DNA of 41,237 nt from Rhizomicrobium sp. (GCA_050010235.1 JBEKLK010000004.1:1-41237); one strand, 5' to 3'; positions 1 through 8,836 are shown, counted from the stretch's first letter. The notes: generated by a model from the letters alone, not told the origin. Made by a program: numbers and translations.

Positions 1-113
1 TCGAAGCGCGCATAATGATCGCTTTTTACGATCAGACGAAATCCCAACGTGCGATAGAACGCAATGGAGCGTTCGAGATCGCCCGTGGGCACCGTCACCT
101 GATTAAGACGCAT
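1..113 (-). CDS. VOC/glyoxalase-family protein, 5' part only (runs off the window edge)
   Basis: Not in the ORF track. Read by hand from the ATG at 113: MRLNQVTVPTGDLERSIAFYRTLGFRLIVKSDHYARF, a typical VOC N-terminus (DL.RS..FY..LG). The start overlaps the end of the GNAT gene. Confidence 0.85.
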   Translation of the reverse strand, partial: MRLNQVTVPTGDLERSIAFYRTLGFRLIVKSDHYARF

Positions 114-612
114 GCTTTCCGCCTTGTCTGCGCGCGTCCCATTCGGGGCGCAGGATCGAAAACATCAGGTAGGAATCGCGGGAGCCATCCGGCCGCACAT
201 AGGCCTCGCGCTCGCGTCCCTCCTTCACAAACCCGAGTTTTGCATAGACGTGCCGGGCGCGTGTGTTCTCCTCCACCACCTCAAGCCAGAAACGATGGGC
301 CTGCGGTTGGGAGAATACCCACGCCATGACGGCGTAAAGAAATTCCTGACCGAATCCGCGTCCGGCTTCCCTCACCGCAATACGCTTCAGATAGATATTG
401 CCATGCGGATGGTCCAGCTCGCGCAGGATGGCGAAGCCTTGGCGGTTTTCGCCGTCCTTCGCGCCCAGCAGATACACACAATCGGGCGCCAACAGCGCTT
501 CGCGATGTTGCGCATCCGTCCAGCGGCCGACGAGCGCCTCATATCCCGGCCGGCGTTCGGCCGACATCACAAAGGCAATGTCGTCGGGCGTGCCGCGTGT
601 CAGCGAGATCAT
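103..612 (-). CDS. GNAT-family N-acetyltransferase (RimJ/RimL-like)
   Basis: Acetyl-CoA motif A (GRGFG) and C-terminal N.RA..VY.KLGF..EG..RE. Confidence 0.85.
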   Translation of the reverse strand: MISLTRGTPDDIAFVMSAERRPGYEALVGRWTDAQHREALLAPDCVYLLGAKDGENRQGFAILRELDHPHGNIYLKRIAVREAGRGFGQEFLYAVMAWVFSQPQAHRFWLEVVEENTRARHVYAKLGFVKEGREREAYVRPDGSRDSYLMFSILRPEWDARRQGGKHAS

Positions 613-627
613 GACGGGCAGAAAAAA

Positions 628-1224
628 TCAGCGTTTGAGTTCGATCACGTCGAAAGTCGATTCCTGAACCGGATAGGGAAATTCGATGCGCGCCGAGCGG
701 GTGCCCGTGCCTTCGAGAAGCCCGACTGCGTCATCGGGCGTGGCCGCGGCTCCCACCGAAGCGCCATTGCCGGAATAGGCGTGCGGCTTCTCGTCGTTGA
801 CGGTGAGCGCACCGAGCAACACATAGCCGCCGGACTCGTTCGGATAAAGTTGGCCGCTCACGCGCTGCGAACCGGAAATCTTTTCGAAATAAAGCCCTTC
901 GCCGTTTTCGCGAATGCGGCAGCGGAACCAGGAATAGACGACATCCGGCGTCATGCCGCCGAGCTTGATGGTGCGACAGCGCCAGGAACCCTTGAGCGCG
1001 CCTTCGGACAGCGACACGGCTTGCGGATCGAGCACGCCATGGATCGTACCCATGTCGGGGCCGGCAGCCGCTTCCGACAAGGCCTGCGACTTGGCCTCTT
1101 CGAGTTTGGCGAGGCGGCTCGCGTCATAGCGGGAAACCTGGTCCTGCCAGCCGGCCTCGGCGGCCGTCGTCGTCAACAACGCCGCCGCGATCAGCAGCAA
1201 CGCTTTACCCATCCGCACGCGCAT
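628..1224 (-). CDS. Secreted DUF4893-like protein
   Basis: Signal peptide (ALLLIAAALLTTTAAEA) and G.WRCRTIKLG...Y.WFRCRI motif. Start placed at ATG 1224 after AAGGAG; overlaps the fabI 3' end. Confidence 0.75.
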   Translation of the reverse strand: MRVRMGKALLLIAAALLTTTAAEAGWQDQVSRYDASRLAKLEEAKSQALSEAAAGPDMGTIHGVLDPQAVSLSEGALKGSWRCRTIKLGGMTPDVVYSWFRCRIRENGEGLYFEKISGSQRVSGQLYPNESGGYVLLGALTVNDEKPHAYSGNGASVGAAATPDDAVGLLEGTGTRSARIEFPYPVQESTFDVIELKR

Positions 1225-2083
1225 CGACTTTCTCTCCTTCGGCATCTTCGCCCGGCGCGATCCAACCCTTCAGATCGGCGCTGGGCGGCATGCCCACAAT
1301 ATTGAATCCGGCGTCGACGAAATGAATTTCGCCGGTAACTCCCGCAGACATGTCGCTCAACAGATAGAGCGCGGCATTGCCCACATGCTCCAGCTCGACG
1401 CTTTTCTTGAGAGGCGCATGCGCCTTGTTCCACTTGAACACGGTGCGCGATTCCCCGATCACCGAACCGGCCAGGGTCCGCATGGGACCTGCCGAAATCG
1501 CGTTGACTCGAATGCCATCGCGGCCGAGATCGGCGGCGAGATAACGCACGCTCGCTTCAAGACCCGCTTTCGCCACGCCCATCACATTGTAATTCGGCGT
1601 CACGCGCTCGGCGCCCAGATAAGTGAGCGTCAGCAATGCGCCGCCCTTTCCGCCTCGAGACGGCGGCGTCATCAGATGCGAGGCGCGTTGCGCAACCGCT
1701 GTGAACGAATAGCAGGAGATCGCAAGGCTGCGGCCGAAATTCGTCCGGCTGGTGTCGACATAGCGGCCCTTGAGCTCGTTCTTGTCGGAATGGGCAATGG
1801 CGTGAACCAGGAAATCGAGCCTGCCCCATTTCGACTTGATGGCGGCGAAGGCTTCGTCGAGCTGGGCATCGTCTTCGACATCGCAGGGCAGGATCAGTGA
1901 CGAATCGATGGAGGCCGCCAGCGGCTTCAGGCGCTTGGCCTGCGCGTCGCCCTGAAAGGTAAAGCCGATCTCCGCTCCCGCTCCGGCAAGCGTGCGCGCG
2001 ATGCCCCAGGCGATCGAATGGTCGTTCGCCACGCCCATCACAAGCCCGCGCCGGCCGTGCATCATGCCTTTGACTTCAGCCAT
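1205..2083 (-). CDS. fabI: Enoyl-ACP reductase
   Basis: GVAN..SIAWGIA, YNVMGVAKAGLE and NAISAGP motifs; follows fabA-fabB. Confidence 0.95.
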   Translation of the reverse strand: MAEVKGMMHGRRGLVMGVANDHSIAWGIARTLAGAGAEIGFTFQGDAQAKRLKPLAASIDSSLILPCDVEDDAQLDEAFAAIKSKWGRLDFLVHAIAHSDKNELKGRYVDTSRTNFGRSLAISCYSFTAVAQRASHLMTPPSRGGKGGALLTLTYLGAERVTPNYNVMGVAKAGLEASVRYLAADLGRDGIRVNAISAGPMRTLAGSVIGESRTVFKWNKAHAPLKKSVELEHVGNAALYLLSDMSAGVTGEIHFVDAGFNIVGMPPSADLKGWIAPGEDAEGEKVDARADG

Positions 2084-2167
2084 ATGTTCCTTACCCGTTC
2101 GATTCTGTTCCAGATCGGGACACGCAACGGGAACCGAAGGATTCCGTGCAAGCCCCGTGCGCGGAAT

Positions 2168-3385
2168 TCAGGCGTCGTAGCGCTGGAACACCAGCGTCGC
2201 GTTGGTGCCGCCGAAACCGAAGCTGTTGGAGAGCGCGCGTTCGATTTTCGCGCCGTCGATGCGCGAGCGCACGATGGGCGCGTCGGCCACGTCCGGATCG
2301 ATTTCCTCGATATTGGCGCTTTCCGCGATAAAGCCGCCCTTCATCTGCAGGATCGAATAGATCGCTTCCTGCACGCCCGTGGCGCCCAGCGAATGGCCCG
2401 TCAGCGATTTGGTCGAGTTGACCGGTGGAATCCGGTCGCCGAACACTTCGCGCAACGCCTTGATCTCGGTTACGTCGCCCACCGGCGTCGAAGTCCCGTG
2501 CGCGTTGATGTAGTCGACGGAGCCCTTCACGGTCGACAGCGCCTGGCGCATGCAGCGGATGGCGCCTTCGCCGGACGGCGCCACCATGTCGTGGCCGTCC
2601 GAAGTTGCGCCGTAACCGACAAGCTCGGCATAGATCTTCGCGCCGCGTGCTTTGGCATGCTCGAGTTCTTCGAGCACCAACACGCCGCCGCCCCCCGCGA
2701 TCACGAACCCATCGCGATTCTTGTCGAATGCGCGCGACGCTTTCTCCGGCGTCTCGTTGAAATGCGACGACATCGCGCCCATCGCGTCGAACAGCACCGA
2801 CAATGTCCAGTCGAGTTCCTCGCCGCCGCCAGCAAACACGATGTCCTGCTTACCCCATTGAATCAGCTCGCCCGCATTGCCGATGCAATGCGCGCTGGTG
2901 GAGCAAGCGGACGTGATCGAATAATTGACGCCCTTGATCTTGTACCAGGTCGACAGATTGGCCGAGCAGGTGGACGACATCGCCTTGGGCACGGCGAAGG
3001 GCCCGACATTCTTGGGCGCACGGTTGCGCGCGGTGTCAGCGGAGGCGACGATCGTCTTGGCCGAAGGGCCGCCCGAACCCATGATCAGGCCCGTGCGCTC
3101 ATTGACGATGTCTTTTTCCTCGAGGCCGGAATCGCGCAACGCCTGTTCCATCGCGATGAAATTGTAGGCCGCGCCGTCGCCCATGAAGCGGCGCGCACGG
3201 CGGTCGACCAGCGCGTCGAGATCGATCTTGGGGGCCCCGTGCACCTGGCAACGGAAGCCCATGGATTTGTAATCGGCCGCCTCGCCGATTCCGGACTTCG
3301 CTTCTCGCAGGGACGAGACCACTTCCTGCGTGGTGTTGCCGATGGAAGACACGATGCCCATGCCGCTGACGACGACGCGCCTCAT
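2168..3385 (-). CDS. fabB: Beta-ketoacyl-ACP synthase I
   Basis: SACSTS catalytic Cys, NAHGTST and GHSLG histidines, SNSFGFGG; adjacent to fabA. Confidence 0.95.
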   Translation of the reverse strand: MRRVVVSGMGIVSSIGNTTQEVVSSLREAKSGIGEAADYKSMGFRCQVHGAPKIDLDALVDRRARRFMGDGAAYNFIAMEQALRDSGLEEKDIVNERTGLIMGSGGPSAKTIVASADTARNRAPKNVGPFAVPKAMSSTCSANLSTWYKIKGVNYSITSACSTSAHCIGNAGELIQWGKQDIVFAGGGEELDWTLSVLFDAMGAMSSHFNETPEKASRAFDKNRDGFVIAGGGGVLVLEELEHAKARGAKIYAELVGYGATSDGHDMVAPSGEGAIRCMRQALSTVKGSVDYINAHGTSTPVGDVTEIKALREVFGDRIPPVNSTKSLTGHSLGATGVQEAIYSILQMKGGFIAESANIEEIDPDVADAPIVRSRIDGAKIERALSNSFGFGGTNATLVFQRYDA

Positions 3386-3436
3386 GGAGCTTTTCCTTTC
3401 CTGTCTTTCCGTCTCGTCTGCACGAGAAGGAAAAAA

Positions 3437-3982
3437 CTACGCCGGGACTGCCGCAACCTGGCCGGCACCCTGCGGATCGTCGGCGAACAGGCCGACGCGC
3501 AAATCCTTCGCTTCGTAGATCACCTTGCCGTCGACCTTCATGATGCCGTCGGCGATGCCGACCACGAGGCGGCGCATGATCACGCGCTTGAACTCGATAT
3601 AGTAACTCACGAGCTTGGCGCTCGGCAGCACCATGCCGGAGAACTTCACTTCGCCCACGCCCAGCGCGCGGCCCTTGCCGAGCCCGCCCAGCCAGCCGAG
3701 GAAGAAGCCCGCCATCTGCCACATCGCGTCGACGCCCAGGCAACCCGGCATCACGGGATCGTTCTGGAAATGGCATTTGAAGAACCAGAGGTCGGGGCGC
3801 ACTTCCATCTCGGCCTCGACCTCGCCCTTTTCGTGGGCACCGCCTTTTTCCGTGATGCGCGTGATGCGATCGAACATCAGCATGGGCGGCAGCGGCAGGC
3901 GGGCATTGCCTTCGCCGAACAATTCGCCCCGCGCGCAGGCCATAAGGCCCTGCAGATCAAAACTCGATTTGCGTCCGGACAT
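3437..3982 (-). CDS. fabA: 3-hydroxyacyl-ACP dehydratase/isomerase
   Basis: [12 protein letters not shown] and [20 protein letters not shown] signature. Confidence 0.95.
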   Translation of the reverse strand: MSGRKSSFDLQGLMACARGELFGEGNARLPLPPMLMFDRITRITEKGGAHEKGEVEAEMEVRPDLWFFKCHFQNDPVMPGCLGVDAMWQMAGFFLGWLGGLGKGRALGVGEVKFSGMVLPSAKLVSYYIEFKRVIMRRLVVGIADGIMKVDGKVIYEAKDLRVGLFADDPQGAGQVAAVPA

Positions 3983-4050
3983 GGGAATACCATCCGCTGG
4001 AGAACCGGGCTGCCCTTGACAACAAGGTCGAGGTGACCGATCTCGTGTTT

Positions 4051-4067
4051 GTTAGAAGCATTCTAAC
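4051..4067. promoter_or_regulatory. ICE (iron control element, Irr-binding site) between fabA and irr
   Basis: Perfect 7-3-7 palindrome GTTAGAA-GCA-TTCTAAC, matching the ICE consensus TTTAGAA-N3-TTCTAAA except at the outermost bases. Confidence 0.8.
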
Positions 4068-4082
4068 CGGCAAGCCGGCAGG

Positions 4083-4562
4083 ATGCGTTTTGGCAATGAT
4101 GATGCCCGGGTGCCTGAGGCGCAAGGGCCGGAGAACGGTGTCAGGGTCATGGCCGGCAAACCGGAAAATGCCGCAAATGTGCAGTTGCGGGCGGCAGGGC
4201 TCAGGCCGACGCGCCAGCGCGTGGCGCTGGCCGGACTGCTGTTTCGCGCAGGCGACCGCCATGTCAGCGCCGAATCGCTCCATGCGGAAGCAACCAGGGC
4301 CGGCATCGGGGTGTCGCTCGCGACCGTCTACAACACGCTGCACCAATTCACGGAAGCGGGACTTCTGCAGCAGGTCGTGGTCGATGCGGGCCGATCCTAT
4401 TTCGACACCAATATCGGCGACCACCAGCATTTCTATTATGCCGACGAAGGCAGGCTGATCGATATCGCCGGCTCGGCGATTGCGATCGCGGGCGTGCCTC
4501 AGCCCCCCAAAGGCACCGCGGTCGAGCGCGTGGACGTGATCGTCCGCATCAAGCGCGCCTGA
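4083..4562 (+). CDS. irr: Fur-family regulator, Irr type (iron response regulator)
   Basis: GLRPTRQR, VSLATVYNTLHQF, YFDTN...HQHFY (HxH), VDVIVR C-terminus and no CxxC motifs; ICE boxes on both sides. Start may instead be ATG 4149. Confidence 0.85.
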   Translation: MRFGNDDARVPEAQGPENGVRVMAGKPENAANVQLRAAGLRPTRQRVALAGLLFRAGDRHVSAESLHAEATRAGIGVSLATVYNTLHQFTEAGLLQQVVVDAGRSYFDTNIGDHQHFYYADEGRLIDIAGSAIAIAGVPQPPKGTAVERVDVIVRIKRA

Positions 4563-4577
4563 GCGGCAATTTCCTTT

Positions 4578-4594
4578 ATTAGAATAATTCTAAT
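4578..4594. promoter_or_regulatory. ICE box upstream of the rubrerythrin operon
   Basis: Perfect palindrome ATTAGAA-TAA-TTCTAAT, 3 bp upstream of a TTGACA. Confidence 0.85.
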
Positions 4595-4597
4595 CTA

Positions 4598-4625
4598 TTG
4601 ACATCCCCCGCTCGGGGGTTATGTT
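4598..4625 (+). promoter_or_regulatory. Putative sigma70 promoter of rubrerythrin
   Basis: TTGACA (4598-4603), 16-nt spacer, TATGTT (4620-4625). AAGGAG SD precedes ATG 4683. Confidence 0.55.
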
Positions 4626-4682
4626 TCCCCCAGCATCGCCATCACGGATTGCCGACCGTCTGGCATCACAAGGAGAACGAAC

Positions 4683-5105
4683 ATGCCTGCTCTCAAGGGT
4701 TCCAAGACCGCACAGAATTTGAAGGACGCGTTTGCCGGCGAGAGCCAGGCGAACCGCCGCTATCTCTATTTCGCGCAGAAGGCCGACGTCGAAGGCTACA
4801 ACGACGTCTCCGCCGTGTTCCGCTCGACGGCGGAAGGCGAGACCGGTCACGCGCACGGCCATCTCGAATTCCTCGAAGCAGTCGGCGATCCGGCAACCGG
4901 CCAGCCGATCGGCCCCACCGACAAGAACCTCAAATCGGCCATCGCGGGCGAGACGCACGAATACACCGATATGTATCCGGGCATGGTCCGCGTCGCGCGC
5001 GAAGAAGGCTTCGACGAAATCGCCGACTGGTTCGAGACGCTGGCGAAAGCCGAGAAGAGCCACGCCGGACGTTTCCAGAAGGCGCTCGACACGCTCGGGA
5101 AGTAA
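4683..5105 (+). CDS. rbr: Rubrerythrin, short form without C-terminal rubredoxin domain
   Basis: [24 protein letters not shown] and AE.SH di-iron ligands; 140 aa. Confidence 0.93.
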   Translation: MPALKGSKTAQNLKDAFAGESQANRRYLYFAQKADVEGYNDVSAVFRSTAEGETGHAHGHLEFLEAVGDPATGQPIGPTDKNLKSAIAGETHEYTDMYPGMVRVAREEGFDEIADWFETLAKAEKSHAGRFQKALDTLGK

Positions 5106-5140
5106 GTTTCGCGCACTGCGCTGCGTACCCTAAATATTTT

Positions 5141-5290
5141 TCCACCCTCCCCTTGAGGGAGGGTCGAAAAATTCGAGTGTAGCGAGAAATTTTTCGGGGC
5201 GGGGTGCTGCCTCAACATTACCCCTCCCCGAAATCCTCTTTTCGCTGTCGCTCAAAGACGATTTCGACCCTCCCTCAAGGGGAGGGTGGA
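5141..5290. mobile_element. 150-bp MITE-like palindromic element
   Basis: Perfect 29-bp terminal inverted repeats TCCACCCTCCCCTTGAGGGAGGGTCGAAA (5141-5169) and 5262-5290, plus an inner IR TTTCGGGGCGGGGT / ACCCCTCCCCGAAA. Confidence 0.75.
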
Positions 5291-5310
5291 TGAGACTTCC
5301 GGATCCCCAC

Positions 5311-6672
5311 ATGTCACACGAAGGCAGTCTGGACGCGCCCACCCGTCACCCGCTCGAATGGCGCGACGACGATTTCTATGACCCGGAAAAAATCGACGCG
5401 GAAATGCGCCGCGTGTTCGATATCTGTCACGGCTGCCGGCGCTGCTTCAATTTGTGCGATTCGTTTCCGCGCCTGTTCACCCTGATCGACGACGGCCCCA
5501 CGGGCGAGTTGGACAGCGTAAAATCGGAGGATTTCCCCAAGATCGTCGAAGCCTGCACGCTGTGCGACATGTGCTTCATGACCAAATGCCCCTATGTGCC
5601 GCCCCATCCCTACAATCTCGATTTTCCCCATCTGATGCTGCGCTATCGCGCGGCGGAAGTGCGTGCGGGCAAGACGGATTTCACGGCACGGCAATTGGCC
5701 GAAATGGATCGCAATGGACGATTGATCGGACCTGTGGCGCCGCTGGCGAATCTCGCGTCGAGCCGCAAGACACCGCTCACGCGTTCGTTGATGGAAGCGA
5801 CGCTCGGCATCGACAAGCATGCGGAGCTGCCGAAATTCCATACCAAGACGTTCGTGATGGCAGACCGCAGCGATCCCATCCGCGTGAACGAGGCTGCCCC
5901 CGCCTATGCCGCGAAGAAAAAGGTCGCGCTCTTCGCCACCTGCTTCGTCAATTACAACAAGCCGAAGACCGGTCTCGCGGCGCGCGCCGTGCTCAATCAC
6001 GTCGGGGTAGAGACGAAGGTTTCCTATCCCGGCTGCTGCGGCATGCCGTTCCTGGAGCAGGCGGAACTCGACCGCGTGGCGGAGAACGCCGCGAAGGTTT
6101 CGAAAGCGCTCGTGGCATTGGTCGATGACGGCTACGATATCGTGACCCTCACGGCCTCCTGCGGGCTGATGCTCAAATTCGAGTGGCCGCTCGTCGTGCC
6201 CGAGAACGAGGATGTGCAACGCCTCGCGCGCGCGACCTACGACATCGACGAATATGTCGTGGCGATCGCCAAGCAGCATGGCTTGCCCCCAGGCCTCACG
6301 TCGCTTCCCGAAGGTGTGACGGTTCACATGGCGTGCCATGCCCGGGCGCAGAACATGGGACCCAAGGCGGCCGAGATGCTTCGACTCATCCCGGAAACGC
6401 CCATCGATGTGATCGAGCGTTGTGCGGGCCACGGCGGCACCTTCGGCGTTATGAAGGAGACACATGGCGTTGCGATGAAGGTGGGCAGACCTGCGATGCG
6501 CGCGGTGGCCGCCCAGGCGCGCGGGCATGTGGCGTCGGATTGCCCGCTAGCCGGCAAGCATCTCGTGCAGGGTGCGCGCGAAATGGACGAAACCGAGGGG
6601 AAAGTATTGCCGACGCGCGAAGCGGAACATCCGATCGAGATTTTCGCGAAAGCCTATGGATTGTTGGTCTGA
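5311..6672 (+). CDS. Fe-S oxidoreductase (GlpC/HdrD-like, CCG domains), rubrerythrin-associated
   Basis: CHGCRRCFNLC and CTLCDMCFMTKC clusters, GCCGMP and RCAGH CCG-type motifs. Start ATG 5311 or 5290. Confidence 0.88.
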   Translation: MSHEGSLDAPTRHPLEWRDDDFYDPEKIDAEMRRVFDICHGCRRCFNLCDSFPRLFTLIDDGPTGELDSVKSEDFPKIVEACTLCDMCFMTKCPYVPPHPYNLDFPHLMLRYRAAEVRAGKTDFTARQLAEMDRNGRLIGPVAPLANLASSRKTPLTRSLMEATLGIDKHAELPKFHTKTFVMADRSDPIRVNEAAPAYAAKKKVALFATCFVNYNKPKTGLAARAVLNHVGVETKVSYPGCCGMPFLEQAELDRVAENAAKVSKALVALVDDGYDIVTLTASCGLMLKFEWPLVVPENEDVQRLARATYDIDEYVVAIAKQHGLPPGLTSLPEGVTVHMACHARAQNMGPKAAEMLRLIPETPIDVIERCAGHGGTFGVMKETHGVAMKVGRPAMRAVAAQARGHVASDCPLAGKHLVQGAREMDETEGKVLPTREAEHPIEIFAKAYGLLV

Positions 6673-6692
6673 AGAAAAAATGGAGTGAGACG

Positions 6693-7286
6693 ATGAGCGC
6701 CGCCTTACGCAAGATCACGCCGGCCGACATTCTGGCCCATGCCGACTATGCCGCGCGCCGCGCCGAGCTGCGAAAAAATCTGATTCCGATCAAGAAGAAC
6801 CGGCGCATCGATGTGGGGCCGTTCGCGACCTTCTATTTCGAAAATTTCGATACGATGTGGCTGCAAGTTCAGGAGATGCTGCACATCGAGAAGGGCGGCG
6901 CGGAACAGCTCGCGGGCGAACTCGACACTTACAATCCGCTGATCCCGCAGGGGCACGAACTGATCGCGACCCTGATGCTGGAGATCGCAGATGTGGGCCG
7001 GCGCGAGACGGAGCTGAAGAAGCTCGCGGGCATCGAGGAATCGGTGTCGATGGATGTGGCGGGCAGCCGCATCGCGGCCACGCCGACGGATTATGACGAT
7101 CGCACGACACCGGACGGAAAGACTTCATCGGTGCACTGGGTGCGGTTTGCGTTCACGCCGGCGCAGATCGCGGCATTCCGGAGCGGCGAAGGCCGGCTGG
7201 TGCTGGAAATCGAGCACCCGAATTATGGTCACATGGCTGTCATAAATCTCGCCGCGCGGGCCGAAATCGGCAAGGATTTCGCGTAA
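6693..7286 (+). CDS. DUF3501-family protein
   Basis: K..RR..VGP..T.YFE...T.W.QVQEML.IE, YNPLIP, SSVHW.RF and HPNY.H; usual partner of rubrerythrin and the Fe-S oxidoreductase. ATG 6693 follows GGAG. Confidence 0.88.
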   Translation: MSAALRKITPADILAHADYAARRAELRKNLIPIKKNRRIDVGPFATFYFENFDTMWLQVQEMLHIEKGGAEQLAGELDTYNPLIPQGHELIATLMLEIADVGRRETELKKLAGIEESVSMDVAGSRIAATPTDYDDRTTPDGKTSSVHWVRFAFTPAQIAAFRSGEGRLVLEIEHPNYGHMAVINLAARAEIGKDFA

Positions 7287-7298
7287 AAGAAGTGGATT

Positions 7299-7422
7299 CA
7301 CGCGGAGGCGCGGAGAACACGGAGGATCTTGGCGCGCAGCGCCGGCACTTCTCTGTCTGCGCCTTCGTAAAAGGTTGGCGCTTCGCGCCGATCTTGCTCC
7401 GTGTTCTCCGCGCCTCTGCGTG
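7299..7422. repeat. Palindromic intergenic element (CACGGAG/CGCAGAG family), copy 1
   Basis: 26-bp terminal IR with one mismatch: CACGCGGAGGCGCGGAGAACACGGAG / CTCCGTGTTCTCCGCGCCTCTGCGTG. Confidence 0.8.
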
Positions 7423-7478
7423 CCAATAGTTTCTTGCTTCGCACGCTGCTAAACTCTTCCCGTGGGGAGGGTCAGGCT

Positions 7479-8507
7479 TTGCGCGTATTGATCGCAGGCG
7501 GCGGGATCGCGGGGCTCACTTTGGCGGCGCTGCTCAGGCAGCGCGGGATCGCGCCCGACATCGTCGAAGCGTCGCCGAACCACGATCACCAATCCCATGT
7601 GCTGGGGCTTTATCCATTCGGCGCCCGCGTGCTGCATGGCCTCGGCATGCATCGCAGCTTTGCGGCCGTGAGCGAACCGGCGGACGACACCAGCGGTCTC
7701 AGATGGCTCGCGCGCGGCGATCTGCTCCGGCTGCTCGAACGTGCAGGCGACGATGAACGCCTGCGCATGGCCGTGCGTGTGGACACGATCGCGGAATCTG
7801 GAGACCGCGTTGTCGTCAGGACCAGCGACGGCGAGACGCGCGATTACGATCTCGTGGTGGGCGCGGACGGCGCGGGCTCGCGCGTGCGCGCCTTCGTGTC
7901 GCCCGCCACGGATGTGTTCGACACGCATTGGGCCTGCTGGAGCTGGTGGACACCGCGCGACGGCGCGGGGCCTTCGCGCGAATTCCGCGACCGCGCGCAC
8001 GCGCTCGGGCTATATGCGACGCCGCGGCAGACCGGTGTCATCGCCTGCGCGCCGGACAGAACACGGCGGCTCGCGAAACTGTTCGCACGCTTCGACGACA
8101 TGGCGGGCGATGCCCTTTCGGCCACACCGGGCGCAGCTCAGATGTTCCACTGGAGAATCGCAGACTCGCGCGCGAAATCCTGGCGACGGGGCCGCGCGGT
8201 GCTGCTGGGCGACGCGGCCTGCGCGTTCCTGCCCACGGCCGGTATAGGCGCGTCGCTGGCGATGGAATCGGCCAGCGTGCTCGCCGACGAACTTTCGCGC
8301 AGCGACGCCGCCCATGTGACACCCGCGCTCGCCTTCTACGAAGCGCGCCGCCGGCCGCGCGTGGAAGCCGCACAGGATGCAAGCCGCAAACGCGCGAAGA
8401 CGATGTATCCGCGCGCGTCCCTACTCGCCTGGAAACGAAATAACATGCGCAACCTGTCGCCGGACTTCTCCGCACAGATCGCGAAACTGTCCGCCGAACC
8501 GATTTGA
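7479..8507 (+). CDS. FAD-dependent monooxygenase (UbiH/salicylate hydroxylase-like)
   Basis: GGGIAG, DLVVGADG..S.VR and LLGDAA...P..G.G motifs; TTG start after GGAGG. Confidence 0.8.
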   Translation: MRVLIAGGGIAGLTLAALLRQRGIAPDIVEASPNHDHQSHVLGLYPFGARVLHGLGMHRSFAAVSEPADDTSGLRWLARGDLLRLLERAGDDERLRMAVRVDTIAESGDRVVVRTSDGETRDYDLVVGADGAGSRVRAFVSPATDVFDTHWACWSWWTPRDGAGPSREFRDRAHALGLYATPRQTGVIACAPDRTRRLAKLFARFDDMAGDALSATPGAAQMFHWRIADSRAKSWRRGRAVLLGDAACAFLPTAGIGASLAMESASVLADELSRSDAAHVTPALAFYEARRRPRVEAAQDASRKRAKTMYPRASLLAWKRNNMRNLSPDFSAQIAKLSAEPI

Positions 8508-8605
8508 CGGCCGCTCCCTGCGTTCAGGCGCCCGGCAGCGACCCATCTTCAGCACAAATCCTGCGGTGTTCCTTCGGGCAATCTGAATCCGATCCGGATT
8601 GGGAC

Positions 8606-8836
8606 ATGACTGTGCTGTTTCGCGCCACCATGGGTTTCCTGATCGCGTTTGCGGTCCACGATCCGCGCGCGGTTACGGCCCGTTTCGAGACGCCCGCAAT
8701 TGCGGCTTTGAAGGCGGACCTGGCAGACGCGGAGCGCTGCGAGGCGGCGCGTGCGCGCACGCCTTTCGATGCGGCGATTGTCCAGGCGGCGGGTGTTCTG
8801 CGCGCCACGGCGCGGGTACGGGATTCCAGATTTTAG
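8606..8836 (+). CDS. Small hypothetical protein (76 aa) with hydrophobic N-terminus
   Basis: ATG after GGGA; fills an otherwise empty gap; no recognisable domain. Confidence 0.45.
   Translation: MTVLFRATMGFLIAFAVHDPRAVTARFETPAIAALKADLADAERCEAARARTPFDAAIVQAAGVLRATARVRDSRF

Noticed and set aside
112-4036. Long + strand ORFs 112-1305 (397 aa) and 2018-4036 (672 aa)
   Set aside because: Antisense shadows of fab and neighbouring genes; Arg/His-rich with no motifs, as expected from high-GC codon bias.
6183-6692. N-terminal extension of ORF 6183-7286
   Set aside because: Overlaps the Fe-S gene out of frame; DUF3501 similarity and an SD begin at 6693.
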